DNA of 64,000 bases, from NCBI GenBank assembly GCA_963762255.1, contig CAVXKA010000001.1:448001-512000 (forward strand), given 5' to 3'. The notes beneath the pieces are model-generated. The model was not told where the DNA came from, made no database searches, and was given only the letters and a program-made list of their open reading frames with translations. A program made the position numbers and the translations under genes. The DNA is from Candidatus Eiseniibacteriota bacterium (GTDB taxonomy: Bacteria; Eisenbacteria; RBG-16-71-46; JABDJR01). This document shows positions 8,530-18,713 of this stretch, in pieces (positions within the stretch are counted from its first letter, which is position 1; every line of letters begins with the position of its first letter).

Positions 8530-10869
8530 ATGACCAGCACCGACCTCGGCCACGACTTCCCGCGCTGGCTCGCCGAGGTCCAGGCGGACCGCCACTACGC
8601 CGGACAAATCGCCCACGTGGAGCGCCTCCCGGAGCGCGAGGCGCGCTACGCCGAGCTCGATCCGCCGCTCTCCGCGCTCCTGCGCGAGGCGCTCGCCGCG
8701 CTCTCCATCGAGCGGCTCTACACGCACCAGGCCGAAGCCGTCTCCGCCGCGCGCCGCGGCGAAAACGTGGTCACGGTGACCGGGACCGCGAGCGGTAAGA
8801 CCCTCGCGTTCCTGCTGCCCATCCTCGAAGCGCTCGAGAGCGATCCGTCCACCACCGCGATCCTCCTCTATCCCACCAAGGCGCTCGCCCAGGACCAGCT
8901 CAAGGGGATTCTCCGGCTTGTCGAGACGCACCCCGGGCTGCGCGAACTCGTGCGCGCCGGCGTCTACGACGGCGACACCTCGCAGAGCGCACGCCGCAAG
9001 ATCCGCGATGAGGCGAACCTCGTGCTCACCAACCCCGACATGCTCCATCGCGGAATCCTCCCCTATCACACCAAGTGGCACCGGGTGCTGCGCCGGCTTG
9101 AATTCGTGGTGACGGACGAGGTCCACACCTACCGCGGCATCTTCGGCTCCAACGTCGGCAACGTGCTGCGCCGCTTGCGCCGCGTGGCCGCCCACTACGG
9201 CGCCTCGCCGGGTTTCCTCTGCTCCTCCGCCACCATCCGCAACCCCCGCGAACTGTGCGAGACCCTCGTCGGGCTCCCCTTCAGGCTGGTGGACGACGAC
9301 GGCTCGCCGCGCGGCCCCAAGACCTTCGTGCTCTGGAACCCGCCCTATCTCGACAACGCACAGATGGAGCGGCGCAGCGGCAATGTCGAAGCGAAGGAAC
9401 TTCTGGTGCGCCTGGTCGAGCGCGGCGTCCACACCATCGTCTTCACCAAGGCGCGCGTGGTGACCGAGCTCATCTACAAGTACGCGCGCGAGGAGTTGCT
9501 TCATCGCCGCGGCGGCCTCGCCGAGAAGCTCAAGCCCTATCGCGGCGGCTACCTCCCCGCCGAACGGCGCGAGATCGAGCGGCAGCTCTTCGGCGGCGAA
9601 CTTCTCGGAGTGGTCGCCACCAACGCGCTCGAACTCGGCATCGACATCGGCGGGCTGGATGCGGCGATCCTCGTCGGGTTCCCCGGCACGGTGGCGAGCA
9701 TCTGGCAGCAGGCGGGGCGCGCCGGGCGTTCGCGCGACGAGGCGCTCACGCTCTTCGTCGGCTACAACGATCCTATCGATCAGTACCTGCTCAAGCACCC
9801 GCGCTACTTCTTCGCGCAGAACCCCGAGGCCGCGGTGTGCGATCCCGCCAACCCCTACATCCTGGCCGGACATCTCGGCTGCGCCGCCTTCGAGCTGCCG
9901 CTCACCGCCGCCGACCGCGATCTCTTCGGCGCCGAGTCCACCCCGGTGCGCGAGATCCTGCGCGAGGAAGGCGAGCTGCATTCGGTGGAAGATGAAGACT
10001 ACTGGTCCACCGCGGAGTTCCCGGCCAAGCGCGTCAACCTGCGCACGATCTCCGACGACACCTACACGATCGTGGACACCGACAACGAAGACGCGGTGAT
10101 CGGCACGGTGGACGCGATCTCCGCTCCCGAGCTGGTTTACCCGGAGGCCATCTACCTGCACGAGGGAGAGACCTTTTTCGTGCACGAACTCGACCTGGAG
10201 AAGAAGATCGCGCGGGTGAAGCGCGTGTCGGCGGACTACTACACGCAGCCCGTGCTCGACACCTCGATCCGCGTGAACGGTTCCCGCGAAGAGCGCGCCG
10301 AGAACGCGGAGATGCTCACCCTGGTCGACGCCACCGTGACCTGGGCGACGACGATGTTCAAGAAGATCCAGTTCGGGAGCATGGATTCGATCGGATACAA
10401 GAACCTCGACCTGCCCGCGCAGCACCTGGAGACGGTCGCGCTCGGCTGGTCGCCCTCGCCCGGCGTCGCCGCTGCGCTCTCCCGCGAAGGACTGAACCCG
10501 GTGGAGGGTTTGATGGGCGTGCGCAACCTGGCCATCACCGTCTTTCCGGTGCTCGCGATGTGCGACCGCGCCGACGTGGGCGGCGTGATCGACTCGTCCA
10601 ACACCGGACGCCCCACGCTCTATCTCTACGACCGCTTTCCCGGCGGACTCGGCTTCGCCGAGCGCGCGTTCACCGACTTTTCGCATCTGGTGCGCGAGGC
10701 GTTCACGCTTCTGGCCGACTGTTCGTGCGCGGACGGTTGTCCCTCGTGCGTGGGCCTTCCCATTCTCCGACCGGCCATCCATCAGGATCCCGATGCCGGC
10801 CCCGGTTACCCCATCCCCGACAAGCGCGCGGCGCGACTTCTCTTGGAAGCCGTGCTGGGCGGGCGATGA
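8530..10869 (+). CDS. DEAH-box helicase with C-terminal DUF1998 (MrfA/YprA family)
   Basis: TGTASGKT, PTKALAQDQ, DEVH, SAT, QQAGRAGR, LYDRFPGGLGF, CSCADGCPSC. Confidence 0.92.
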   Translation: MTSTDLGHDFPRWLAEVQADRHYAGQIAHVERLPEREARYAELDPPLSALLREALAALSIERLYTHQAEAVSAARRGENVVTVTGTASGKTLAFLLPILEALESDPSTTAILLYPTKALAQDQLKGILRLVETHPGLRELVRAGVYDGDTSQSARRKIRDEANLVLTNPDMLHRGILPYHTKWHRVLRRLEFVVTDEVHTYRGIFGSNVGNVLRRLRRVAAHYGASPGFLCSSATIRNPRELCETLVGLPFRLVDDDGSPRGPKTFVLWNPPYLDNAQMERRSGNVEAKELLVRLVERGVHTIVFTKARVVTELIYKYAREELLHRRGGLAEKLKPYRGGYLPAERREIERQLFGGELLGVVATNALELGIDIGGLDAAILVGFPGTVASIWQQAGRAGRSRDEALTLFVGYNDPIDQYLLKHPRYFFAQNPEAAVCDPANPYILAGHLGCAAFELPLTAADRDLFGAESTPVREILREEGELHSVEDEDYWSTAEFPAKRVNLRTISDDTYTIVDTDNEDAVIGTVDAISAPELVYPEAIYLHEGETFFVHELDLEKKIARVKRVSADYYTQPVLDTSIRVNGSREERAENAEMLTLVDATVTWATTMFKKIQFGSMDSIGYKNLDLPAQHLETVALGWSPSPGVAAALSREGLNPVEGLMGVRNLAITVFPVLAMCDRADVGGVIDSSNTGRPTLYLYDRFPGGLGFAERAFTDFSHLVREAFTLLADCSCADGCPSCVGLPILRPAIHQDPDAGPGYPIPDKRAARLLLEAVLGGR

Positions 10870-10881
10870 GGCGATGACGCG

Positions 10882-11709
10882 ATGATGCGCGAGGAGCTGC
10901 GTCGCAAACTCTCGGACGTCTCTCGCGGGCGCCGCCCCGCCGAGGCCCCGGCGCCATCGAAGAAGTCGCGGCGATCCCTGGCCGCGCTCCCCATCGAAAC
11001 GCTCGTCCCCGGCATCGAGGTAGCCACGTCGCGCGGACGCCACTGGCGGCACGAGCGGCCTTTGGCCGAAGCACCCGGCCTCGCCGAGGCCGCGCGCGCA
11101 CTCGCCCCCGGCGCCCTCCCCGATCCGGAACAGACCGAGGTGTCCTGCCTGGGCGACAAGGGGCTCGAAGGCGCGCTATTCCTCGACCTCGAAACCTGCG
11201 GGTTTTCCGGAAACCCGCTCTTCCTCACCGGAGCCCTGCGCATCGAGAACGGGCGGCCCATCTTCATCCAACTCCTCGCGCGGCACTACGCGGAAGAGGC
11301 GTCGGTGGTGGAGGCAAGCCTGGAGCTCCTGCGGCGACACCCGCTTCTCGTCACCTTCAACGGCAAGTCCTACGACGTTCCGTTCCTGCGCGAGCGGGCC
11401 ATTCGCCACGGCCTCGACTGGACGCCCCCGGCCGGACATCTGGATCTGCTGCACTCGGCGCGGCGGCGCTGGAAAGACGTGCTCCCCGATTGCCGCCTTC
11501 CCACGCTGGAAGAGCGGCTGACCGGCCGGCGGCGGGCGGGGGACGTGCCCGGCAGCGAGGCTCCCGAGCGCTATCACGCGTTTGTGCGCGGCGGACCGGC
11601 GAGCGAGCTGGTGCCGGTGCTGCGGCACAATTTGCTCGACCTCGTGACGCTGGTGGCGCTCCTGGGGGCGCTACCCAGATCGGGGGTGGCCATCGCGCAT
11701 AAATCCTGA
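10882..11709 (+). CDS. RNase H-like exonuclease (MrfB/YprB family)
   Basis: LFLDLETCG, LVTFNGKSYDVP, HLDL, HNLLD; coupled to the MrfA-like helicase. Confidence 0.88.
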   Translation: MMREELRRKLSDVSRGRRPAEAPAPSKKSRRSLAALPIETLVPGIEVATSRGRHWRHERPLAEAPGLAEAARALAPGALPDPEQTEVSCLGDKGLEGALFLDLETCGFSGNPLFLTGALRIENGRPIFIQLLARHYAEEASVVEASLELLRRHPLLVTFNGKSYDVPFLRERAIRHGLDWTPPAGHLDLLHSARRRWKDVLPDCRLPTLEERLTGRRRAGDVPGSEAPERYHAFVRGGPASELVPVLRHNLLDLVTLVALLGALPRSGVAIAHKS

Positions 11710-11729
11710 CGCGGCATAGACATTGAGAC

Positions 11730-11759
11730 TTGACAGCCTCCCGCGATCATGGCTAGCTT
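11730..11759 (+). promoter_or_regulatory. Sigma70-like promoter
   Basis: TTGACA-18 bp-TAGCTT upstream of ORF 11855, which has an AGGAGG RBS. Confidence 0.55.
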
Positions 11760-11854
11760 GATTGCGTCGATCCGTGGACATCCCGGCTTGCCGGTCCGGC
11801 TCGCGACTATTTTTGTTTCGGATTGCGTCCGGCTAAAGAGGAGGAGGCTCTGTC

Positions 11855-12619
11855 ATGAAACGAGTTCTACTGATTGTCACCGCCGTGGCCGTGGTCATGG
11901 CGATGAACGTTCCGGCCTGGGCCGGGACCAACCCCAACTGCGTGTTCACCCTGCACGCCAAGGGTCACACGACGAAGGCCACGACGATCTGCACCACGTG
12001 GAGCCCTAACAGCGGCACCCCGCTTCCGTGCTCGAATTACAACACGAGCTGGCCGACCAAGCTGGTTACCGACGTGTACCTCGTGATCGCGCGCGGCGAC
12101 ACGGCCCTGGTGCCAGGGTGGGGGCTTGCCGGCGTCTCCTGCGGCGTCTACTACGACAACGCCGTGGGCTCCGGTGTGGACGTGTTCGGTTGGACCCTCT
12201 GCGCCGACCTGGAGTTCACCAACGGGAACTTGACCTGCCCGCCCGACATACCTCCCTGCGAGTGGCCGATCTCCGGCGGTGGCAACCGGATCACCTGGGT
12301 GATGACCACCAACTGCCAGCAGACGATCGCCGGCAGCGACGGCGTACACGCCGTGGCCGGCGCGTTCTACCTCTACGCGTATAACCCGGACATCTTCTAT
12401 CTCACGCACAACAGGAACCTGATGATCCCCGAACTGGCCGTGGCCAACTGCAAGGCCAACACCGACCTGCTGCCTTTCAATCGGGCCGGCCAGGTGGCGT
12501 TCTCGACGGACGGCTCGGCGCTCGGCTGCAACCCGTGCACTGAGCCCGATTGGGAGTGCGACCCGCCCACGCCGGTTGAAGAAACGACCTGGGGCAAGCT
12601 CAAGACCAACTATCGGTAG
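11855..12619 (+). CDS. Secreted Cys-rich protein with C-terminal TPVEETTWGKLKTNYR motif
   Basis: Strong RBS, signal peptide (AWA), host-like codon usage, WGxxK tail. Confidence 0.85.
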   Translation: MKRVLLIVTAVAVVMAMNVPAWAGTNPNCVFTLHAKGHTTKATTICTTWSPNSGTPLPCSNYNTSWPTKLVTDVYLVIARGDTALVPGWGLAGVSCGVYYDNAVGSGVDVFGWTLCADLEFTNGNLTCPPDIPPCEWPISGGGNRITWVMTTNCQQTIAGSDGVHAVAGAFYLYAYNPDIFYLTHNRNLMIPELAVANCKANTDLLPFNRAGQVAFSTDGSALGCNPCTEPDWECDPPTPVEETTWGKLKTNYR

Positions 12620-12647
12620 GACCAGGCGAGCGAGCCGGGGGACAGGG

Positions 12648-13826
12648 ATGCCCCGGAGTCCGAAGCCCGGATCCTCGACGCGATCCGTTCATGCGGGGCG
12701 AGGCCACCCGATCGAAGGGGGCCTCGCCCTTCCTCTTTTTCCCGCCGCGGTCTACGCGCTCCCGTCGCTCGATGACGCGGTGGCCGCGTTCACCGGCGAG
12801 CGCCCCGCGCTCGTGTATGCCCGCTACGGTCACCCCACGGGGCAGTTGGTGGAGGCTCGTCTGGCCGCGCTGGAGGGCGCCGAAGAAGCGGTTCTCTTCT
12901 CGAGCGGGATGGCCGCCATCGCACTCACCGCGATGTCGCTCTGCCGCAGCGGCGATCATTTGCTGGCCTCCGCGGAGATGTACGGCGGCACACTCGAACT
13001 CTTGCGCACCGTGCTCCCGGCGTGCGGGATCGACGTCGAGCTCGTGCCGCTGGAGGAGCTGGGCGCCCTGCGCCCGCGCTTGCGCGAGACGACGCGGCTC
13101 GTGCTCGTCGAATCGCCCACCAATCCGCTTCTGCGCGTGGTGGACTTCGCGGCGCTCTTCGCGGGGCTCGGCACGCCGCGACCGGTGGTCGCGCTGGACG
13201 CCACCTTCATGACCCCGCTCGGGCAGGACGCCTGGAGCGCGGGTTTCGACCTCGTGCTGCACTCCGCGACCAAGTACCTCGGCGGCCACGACGATCTCAC
13301 CGCCGGTGTGGTGACGGGTCGCCGCGAGCTCCTCGCGCCGATCCGCGACAAGCGCCGCGTGGTGGGTGCGATGTGCGATCCGCAGACGGCGTGGCTCCTG
13401 GAACGCGGGATGAAGACGCTGGCCGTTCGCTGGGAGCGGCAGTGCGCGAACGCCCTGGCTCTGGCGCAGCGGCTGGAGGCGCATCCGCGAATCGAGCGCG
13501 TGCACTACCCCGGTCTGTCGACGCATCCGCACCACGAGCGCGCCACGCGCCAGATGAACTCGTTCGGCGCGGTGCTGGCGTTCGACGTGGCGGGAGGATT
13601 CGATGCGGCGCGCCACGTGTTCGACCGGCTGCAATTGATCGCGCGCGCTCCGAGCCTGGGCGGGGTGGAGAGCATGGCCCTCCACCCCGCGACATCCTCC
13701 CATCGCGGGCTCTCCGTCGAGGAGCGCCGCGTGGCTGGGATCGGCGACGGCCTTCTGCGCTTGAGCGTGGGCGTCGAGGACGAAGCCGACCTCTGGGAAG
13801 ATCTGCGCCAGGCGCTGGAGAGCTAG
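12648..13826 (+). CDS. PLP-dependent Cys/Met metabolism enzyme (cystathionine gamma-synthase/lyase or methionine gamma-lyase family)
   Basis: YARYGHPT, FSSGMAAI, ESPTNP, HSATKYLGGH (PLP Lys), LLRLSVGVED; start placed at ATG 12648. Confidence 0.9.
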   Translation: MPRSPKPGSSTRSVHAGRGHPIEGGLALPLFPAAVYALPSLDDAVAAFTGERPALVYARYGHPTGQLVEARLAALEGAEEAVLFSSGMAAIALTAMSLCRSGDHLLASAEMYGGTLELLRTVLPACGIDVELVPLEELGALRPRLRETTRLVLVESPTNPLLRVVDFAALFAGLGTPRPVVALDATFMTPLGQDAWSAGFDLVLHSATKYLGGHDDLTAGVVTGRRELLAPIRDKRRVVGAMCDPQTAWLLERGMKTLAVRWERQCANALALAQRLEAHPRIERVHYPGLSTHPHHERATRQMNSFGAVLAFDVAGGFDAARHVFDRLQLIARAPSLGGVESMALHPATSSHRGLSVEERRVAGIGDGLLRLSVGVEDEADLWEDLRQALES

Positions 13827-14392
13827 TTCGTCGAGGCCGGCGGCAGATCCCGCCACTCCACGATCAACCAGCGACTCTCGCCCCGCTCGACGACCTCGCG
13901 CAGGTAGAACTCCTGGCGGTCGCCGCTGACCTGGAGCGTCGGCTTCCCCACTCGCTCGATTCGTAGGAACGTGTGGGCCACCACGACCCTCATCGTATGC
14001 TCCAGTCCGCGCGCGGTCGCAGGCGCGACCGAGAGCTTGGCGAGCCGGATCACCACACGCTTCACCTCGGAGGACTCGAAGAGGCGCTGCGCCGAGCGGA
14101 GCTCGTCCTCGAGACCCCACGATGCGCGCCCTAACTCCCGCGCGTCCTGCGGCTGGAACCGGAACACGAACTCGGGCGCGAAGAGCTCCCGGTATGCGTC
14201 GATGTCGCGGTTGGCATAGGCCGCCTCGAGGTTGGCGATCACGTTCATCGGTTGGACCGGGGAGAGGTACCCACGGGGAGTGAGTTCCTCGTCGGCGATC
14301 GGGGTGGGTGCCACCGGATGTTGCCTGCGGGAACATCCACCGGCGGCGAGGACGACGGCCAGAACGAACAATAGGATTCGCCTGGTTCTCAT
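13823..14392 (-). CDS. Lipoprotein, probably NTF2/SnoaL-like
   Basis: RBS AGGAG; lipobox-like LAAGGC; 'NLEAAYANRDIDAYRELFAPEFVF...WLIVEW' pattern. Confidence 0.7.
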   Translation of the reverse strand: MRTRRILLFVLAVVLAAGGCSRRQHPVAPTPIADEELTPRGYLSPVQPMNVIANLEAAYANRDIDAYRELFAPEFVFRFQPQDARELGRASWGLEDELRSAQRLFESSEVKRVVIRLAKLSVAPATARGLEHTMRVVVAHTFLRIERVGKPTLQVSGDRQEFYLREVVERGESRWLIVEWRDLPPASTN

Positions 14393-14881
14393 GGCTGGTC
14401 TCCTGACCCAAGCCCGGGTTGGCGATGTCCTCGCCCCGCTGTTTCTGCAGGAGACGTGCCACGACGTGTGCGCTCTGCTGCGATCCCCGATCGCGCTCAT
14501 CGCGCACTTGAGACGGAGCGGACCCGATCTCGGGCGCTCGTGGTCCACGTGCGCGTCCTCCCGGGCTGGTTCCGCGCTTCGCAGTGGGAAGGGGCTATCC
14601 GGTTCGGCGGTGACGAACTTGCGTCGCGGATCGCCGAGGTCGCGTCGGTTCCATGTGCGCCGATCGCGGAGCGTTTCGGCCCCCGCCGAGTCTCCGCCGG
14701 CGCAAGTGCTACGCAGAGGCGATGTTTCGGGTGAATTACTCGCGGCGGAGATCCCCGACGTTCACGCGAGACGATCGGCACGACCCCTGCATATAGGAAT
14801 GTCGTTCGCGCGACCAGGGACGGGCCGCGCGGGCAAAGCGAACCAACGCTGTCGAAGTTACCCTCTCGTTGGAGCGCATTC

Positions 14882-14956
14882 GGGGGACGAATCTCCGTGG
14901 TCGAGAAGGCCCTTATCGGACGGGGGGGGCTTTCTCGAGTGGGCACAAACGTTGCC
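14882..14956 (+). repeat. Left terminal inverted repeat (boxes A and B)
   Basis: Box A GGGGGACGAATCTCCGTGG 14882-14900; box B TCGAGTGGGCACAAACGTTGCC 14935-14956; extra partial copies at 15041-15097. Confidence 0.8.
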
Positions 14957-15178
14957 GGTGGGAGGTACGAGGCTGCACCCCAGTCCGGGTGCCCGTATAT
15001 GTGTTTGAAATCAATGGGTTTCGGGGATCGGCGTTTTGGCGAGAATCGTCCCCACGCAGCGATGGTGCCCACTCGAAGGGTGGTTTTCGAGTGGGCAGGA
15101 AACACGCGTTGCCCCCCCCCGGGGGAACACACCGCTACTGAGCCTCTCGGTCACGCCGCCGAGATGGACAGCAGTGCA

Positions 15179-16147
15179 CTAGAATGGCAAGTCGTCATCA
15201 TCCACCTCCGCCGGCAACTCCGTCAAAGAGACAAATTCATCCTTCCAGTCAGTCGCCTTCATGATCTTAAGGCTGCCATTCTCCCCGAACAGATCCGCGC
15301 GGACCTTTACCAGGTACTTTTCCTTCGGCCAGTCAGCCAAGTAGACACGATAATCAGGTTCCTTCCAATCGTCACGATCCACCACCTTGACCCGCCGTGC
15401 GTCAAGGAGGGCATCCATCTCGCCCACCGTCTCGAAGTAGACTCTATAGGGCACTTTCACAGTGCTCCTAATGGCTTCAAACACCGGATGGTTGCTCAGC
15501 AGAATGTCCCGGATGGTCGCATCACCTTCCTTTCTCTCTTTCGTCAGAAAGTCCACCAACTGATTCAACGTCCCAGCGGTTGCCTCGATCTTCTCAAGAA
15601 TCCGAACCTCCTTCTGACGTGCATGCTCCTGCAATAGCATCTGCAGCAACCCCGCCCATTGTTCTCGAAGGAAGAAGATGATGTCGCTCGTGACCTCAAA
15701 CGGCTGAATCGGGTTTCTGCCGGAGAGGGCAAAGAGCTCTTCTAGAAAGCCGTACACCCGAAGATCGTTCACCGCGCTGGGGGTGAACCCCTTGACGGTC
15801 TTATTGGCCAAATAGGTGCCATGCTCAGCATAGACCGCTCGCTCAACGAAAATGTAGATTTGCTTTCCCAGTTTCGCCGCCGTCCTGAGTTCATTCTGGG
15901 AGATAGAGTAGCGCGCGTCTCTGGAGTCGGTGCCGAACTTGCCCCCGACTATGTTGATCAAGATGTCGCAACTCGCAATCTCGCGGTAGCAGTCTTCCTC
16001 CAAACTTTCGGTGACTCCGTATGGAACCTGACCGCGTTCGAATAATACGGGGTCATAACCCTGCTCCCGGATGAAGCGCTCGAGATCCGCCCGTACGTTT
16101 CTTAGGTCATAGTATGTGGAGCTTATGAAGATCCGAGGACGAGCCAC
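15179..16147 (-). CDS. DUF4062 (TIR/NDT-like Rossmann) domain protein, putative defence effector
   Basis: GTG with GGGAGG RBS; RIFISSTYYDL, CYREIASCDIL, GGKFG, SISQNE. Confidence 0.85.
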   Translation of the reverse strand: MARPRIFISSTYYDLRNVRADLERFIREQGYDPVLFERGQVPYGVTESLEEDCYREIASCDILINIVGGKFGTDSRDARYSISQNELRTAAKLGKQIYIFVERAVYAEHGTYLANKTVKGFTPSAVNDLRVYGFLEELFALSGRNPIQPFEVTSDIIFFLREQWAGLLQMLLQEHARQKEVRILEKIEATAGTLNQLVDFLTKERKEGDATIRDILLSNHPVFEAIRSTVKVPYRVYFETVGEMDALLDARRVKVVDRDDWKEPDYRVYLADWPKEKYLVKVRADLFGENGSLKIMKATDWKDEFVSLTELPAEVDDDDLPF

Positions 16148-16488
16148 GGTTAACCTCCCTTTGCATCGGCCAGAGCACATTCCTCTGATGATTGGGGGCT
16201 GCCAGTGCATGGTCCCAGGGCGGGAACGCGATTCACCTTTCTTACAGTCGCTTGCCCGACTCTGGCATGACGGCTGCCCGCCCCCCGGCGCACTGTTGAC
16301 AGAGACAATCGCGCTCTAGACAGGAACGACACGCGCCTTGACCATGCGCTCGCCCAGATGTGCGTACAGATGGAACTCACTGCCACCTTGAATAGGAACC
16401 TCCACCCCGGCTTTGCTCGACGGCTGTTAGCAATGAGGATGTTGTCTGTGATGCATTGGAGGCGATCACCTCTTCATCTGGCGACTGT

Positions 16489-17778
16489 CTACTTGAGCAT
16501 CTTCACGAGGCCTTCCAAAGTCAATTCCCACCGATCAAGTACGCGGCGCCATGCAGCACCCCAGTCACTTACCGGGTAGGAGATCCCAAAGGCACGGCAT
16601 GCGTTGACGACCTTGGCGTTTTCGACATGGGCTGGATGGAGATTATTCCGCAAGTCCCGAATCATCCTCAATCCGGCAATCACCCTGCCTACGTCTTCGT
16701 TCTCTACATCCCTATCCGGTTTCAAGAGTATCTCCAGGGCATCAATGGACCTCGGCTGAGGCCCGGCGCCACCGTGACTCTTCTTGCCCGGTATGGCAAT
16801 CGCTTCAACGTAGGTCGCTAACGTCTGTATGCTGTGGGCAAACTCCATCTTGTTCGTCGGAACCCTGGCAAAGACCAGTGCCGCTTCGTGCGGGACACGG
16901 CCGAAGAGAGGGCTGCCGAACTTCTTCTCGAAGAGTCTATCCACTGAATCGAGAAGCTCCACAGAGCGAGTGCCGCTGGGGTTCCCATCCGGTAGCCTGC
17001 CCTCTAAGCTGGGCTCGTGCGAGACTCTTCGGGCAGGTGTTTCGGAGAACACGCCGGGAAACCTCAGGACAACTCTGTACCTATGGCCGCGAGTGGGCTC
17101 TGCCCTCTCCCATCGAACCCGGCGATCGGCCTCGATACTATCGACGGGGTCGCTCAGCTGCCGCCGCTGGGAAGAATACGGGTGAACCGTTTCTTCAAAG
17201 ACCATCACATCCGGGAAGGGTAAAGCGTCACCGATCACGATGTCGAATGACAGTCGCTCTGTGGCGACGTGCACGTCGTGATAGATATTGAGCTCCCAAC
17301 TGGCCTTCTCGCCAGTTGTGACGTATGCTGGGGACAATGACATATAGTCAGTGATTGTGGTTCGACGAAACAGCTCATTGCTGGTCAATTCGTGACTTGT
17401 CTGGCCGACCCTTAGGTGGTCAGCGAAGCGCGAAACGTGGAAATCGATCGACTCTTCCCTGCCTAGTCCAGCGAATGCACCTCGCGAGATTACCGTGTGC
17501 GCATCGTAGATCACGCGCTCATCCAGGATTTCGACTGCGACTGATGCGCTGCCTTGTGGCACGTCTGGCTGCACGGTCGTTGATCGACGTACTTCGGCCT
17601 TCGCGGTCCCGTGCAACTGGATCTCAAACCGATCACTGAGGAGAGTGCACCCAGGGCGAGTCTGCGAGCTTGTCCCTGATTCCGCTTGAGACCCAATGAA
17701 GATCTTCCGAATGAGCGTGGCGGCGGCTTGTCCCAGGGCCAGGAAGAAGCCCGCAGCGTCCCAGCTGATACCGCTCAC
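16489..17778 (-). CDS. Hypothetical protein: beta-sandwich domain plus C-terminal HEPN-like helical domain
   Basis: 429 aa ORF; GTGA overlap with the upstream ORF; LRMIRDLRNNLHPAH (R-x6-H). Confidence 0.65.
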   Translation of the reverse strand: MSGISWDAAGFFLALGQAAATLIRKIFIGSQAESGTSSQTRPGCTLLSDRFEIQLHGTAKAEVRRSTTVQPDVPQGSASVAVEILDERVIYDAHTVISRGAFAGLGREESIDFHVSRFADHLRVGQTSHELTSNELFRRTTITDYMSLSPAYVTTGEKASWELNIYHDVHVATERLSFDIVIGDALPFPDVMVFEETVHPYSSQRRQLSDPVDSIEADRRVRWERAEPTRGHRYRVVLRFPGVFSETPARRVSHEPSLEGRLPDGNPSGTRSVELLDSVDRLFEKKFGSPLFGRVPHEAALVFARVPTNKMEFAHSIQTLATYVEAIAIPGKKSHGGAGPQPRSIDALEILLKPDRDVENEDVGRVIAGLRMIRDLRNNLHPAHVENAKVVNACRAFGISYPVSDWGAAWRRVLDRWELTLEGLVKMLK

Positions 17779-18713
17779 GAGTGAGTGGCGGGAGACTGCT
17801 TCGTGATGCCCACCTCAGGTGCCCTCGCAATTACTTGGCGCTGCTCCGCTGCCCACGTCCAACGGAGAACGTAGAGGTTACCCACGACAGGCTTGTGAAT
17901 GCGCCATTCAATCTCCTCATAGAAGGGGCTGGTTGCGGCGCGAAGACCCGAAATGCTGCCATCCGCCGGCTGAAGCAGTACTGGTGGATCCCCGCTCCCG
18001 AATGTTGGCGGAGAAGGCAGGGGCTGAGGCTTGCCGTCTGGCTCCCGGATCTCGCCCCATGCACCGACGATTCGACATGCTGGTGAGACGACTCTAATGA
18101 TCTGCGTTTCGGTGGGTATGACTACGCGGACTCCGAGAAACTCCGAGATGTCGGGGAAGTAACCGGTGAAATCGGTGAGCACCCATACATCAACCACTTC
18201 CCCACGCTTCGGGGTATGCTTGAATACCGCGTCGATTATAACGCCGCCTTCCGGATGAGCGTGTTCGAAGACGTTTAGGTTTTCGCTCTTGTCGACGATT
18301 GTCGCGGAGGTGTCATGCAACACCTCCCCGTTGGGTGACTTTCGTGGGGTCGCCCCGCGGAAGCTGAACCCCTGCACATTGTCGGCGTTTATGCGACGGA
18401 CTTGGTGGCGTCGGTATGTGGCGCGGAAGCAACTGGAGTCTTCGAAGGAGAGGATGTTCTCTGCCTCCAAGATGGTGGTGGGCAGAATCGTTGAAAGCTC
18501 CCGAGCCCGCGCTCGCTCCCGAGCTAGGAAGCGGGTGACCAGGGGCAGGAAGATAATTAGGGCGGCTAGCTGCAGGGCTAAGCCAATCGCCCCCAGCAAG
18601 TCGAGTCGGAAGCGATGCGCCAGAAGCGAGTAGCTAAGTAGTAGAATCGCCGCCCATATGGCAAGGAGGATACGATCGGTACGGGTCGGCTGGGTACTTC
18701 TCTGCATCCCCAC
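17775..18713 (-). CDS. Hypothetical 2-TM protein with a beta-rich soluble domain
   Basis: RBS GGGAGG; two N-terminal hydrophobic helices; domain ends W..KP..G..YVLRWTW. Confidence 0.7.
   Translation of the reverse strand: MGMQRSTQPTRTDRILLAIWAAILLLSYSLLAHRFRLDLLGAIGLALQLAALIIFLPLVTRFLARERARARELSTILPTTILEAENILSFEDSSCFRATYRRHQVRRINADNVQGFSFRGATPRKSPNGEVLHDTSATIVDKSENLNVFEHAHPEGGVIIDAVFKHTPKRGEVVDVWVLTDFTGYFPDISEFLGVRVVIPTETQIIRVVSPACRIVGAWGEIREPDGKPQPLPSPPTFGSGDPPVLLQPADGSISGLRAATSPFYEEIEWRIHKPVVGNLYVLRWTWAAEQRQVIARAPEVGITKQSPATHS

Noticed and set aside
8299-11052. Long antisense ORFs (917 aa here, 887 aa at 54486, 635 aa at 12600, 557 aa at 32849 and others)
   Set aside because: Shadow ORFs of real high-GC genes on the opposite strand, with no recognisable motifs
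14400-15170. tRNA or tmRNA integration target at the island edge
   Set aside because: No cloverleaf or T-loop consensus seen at either end
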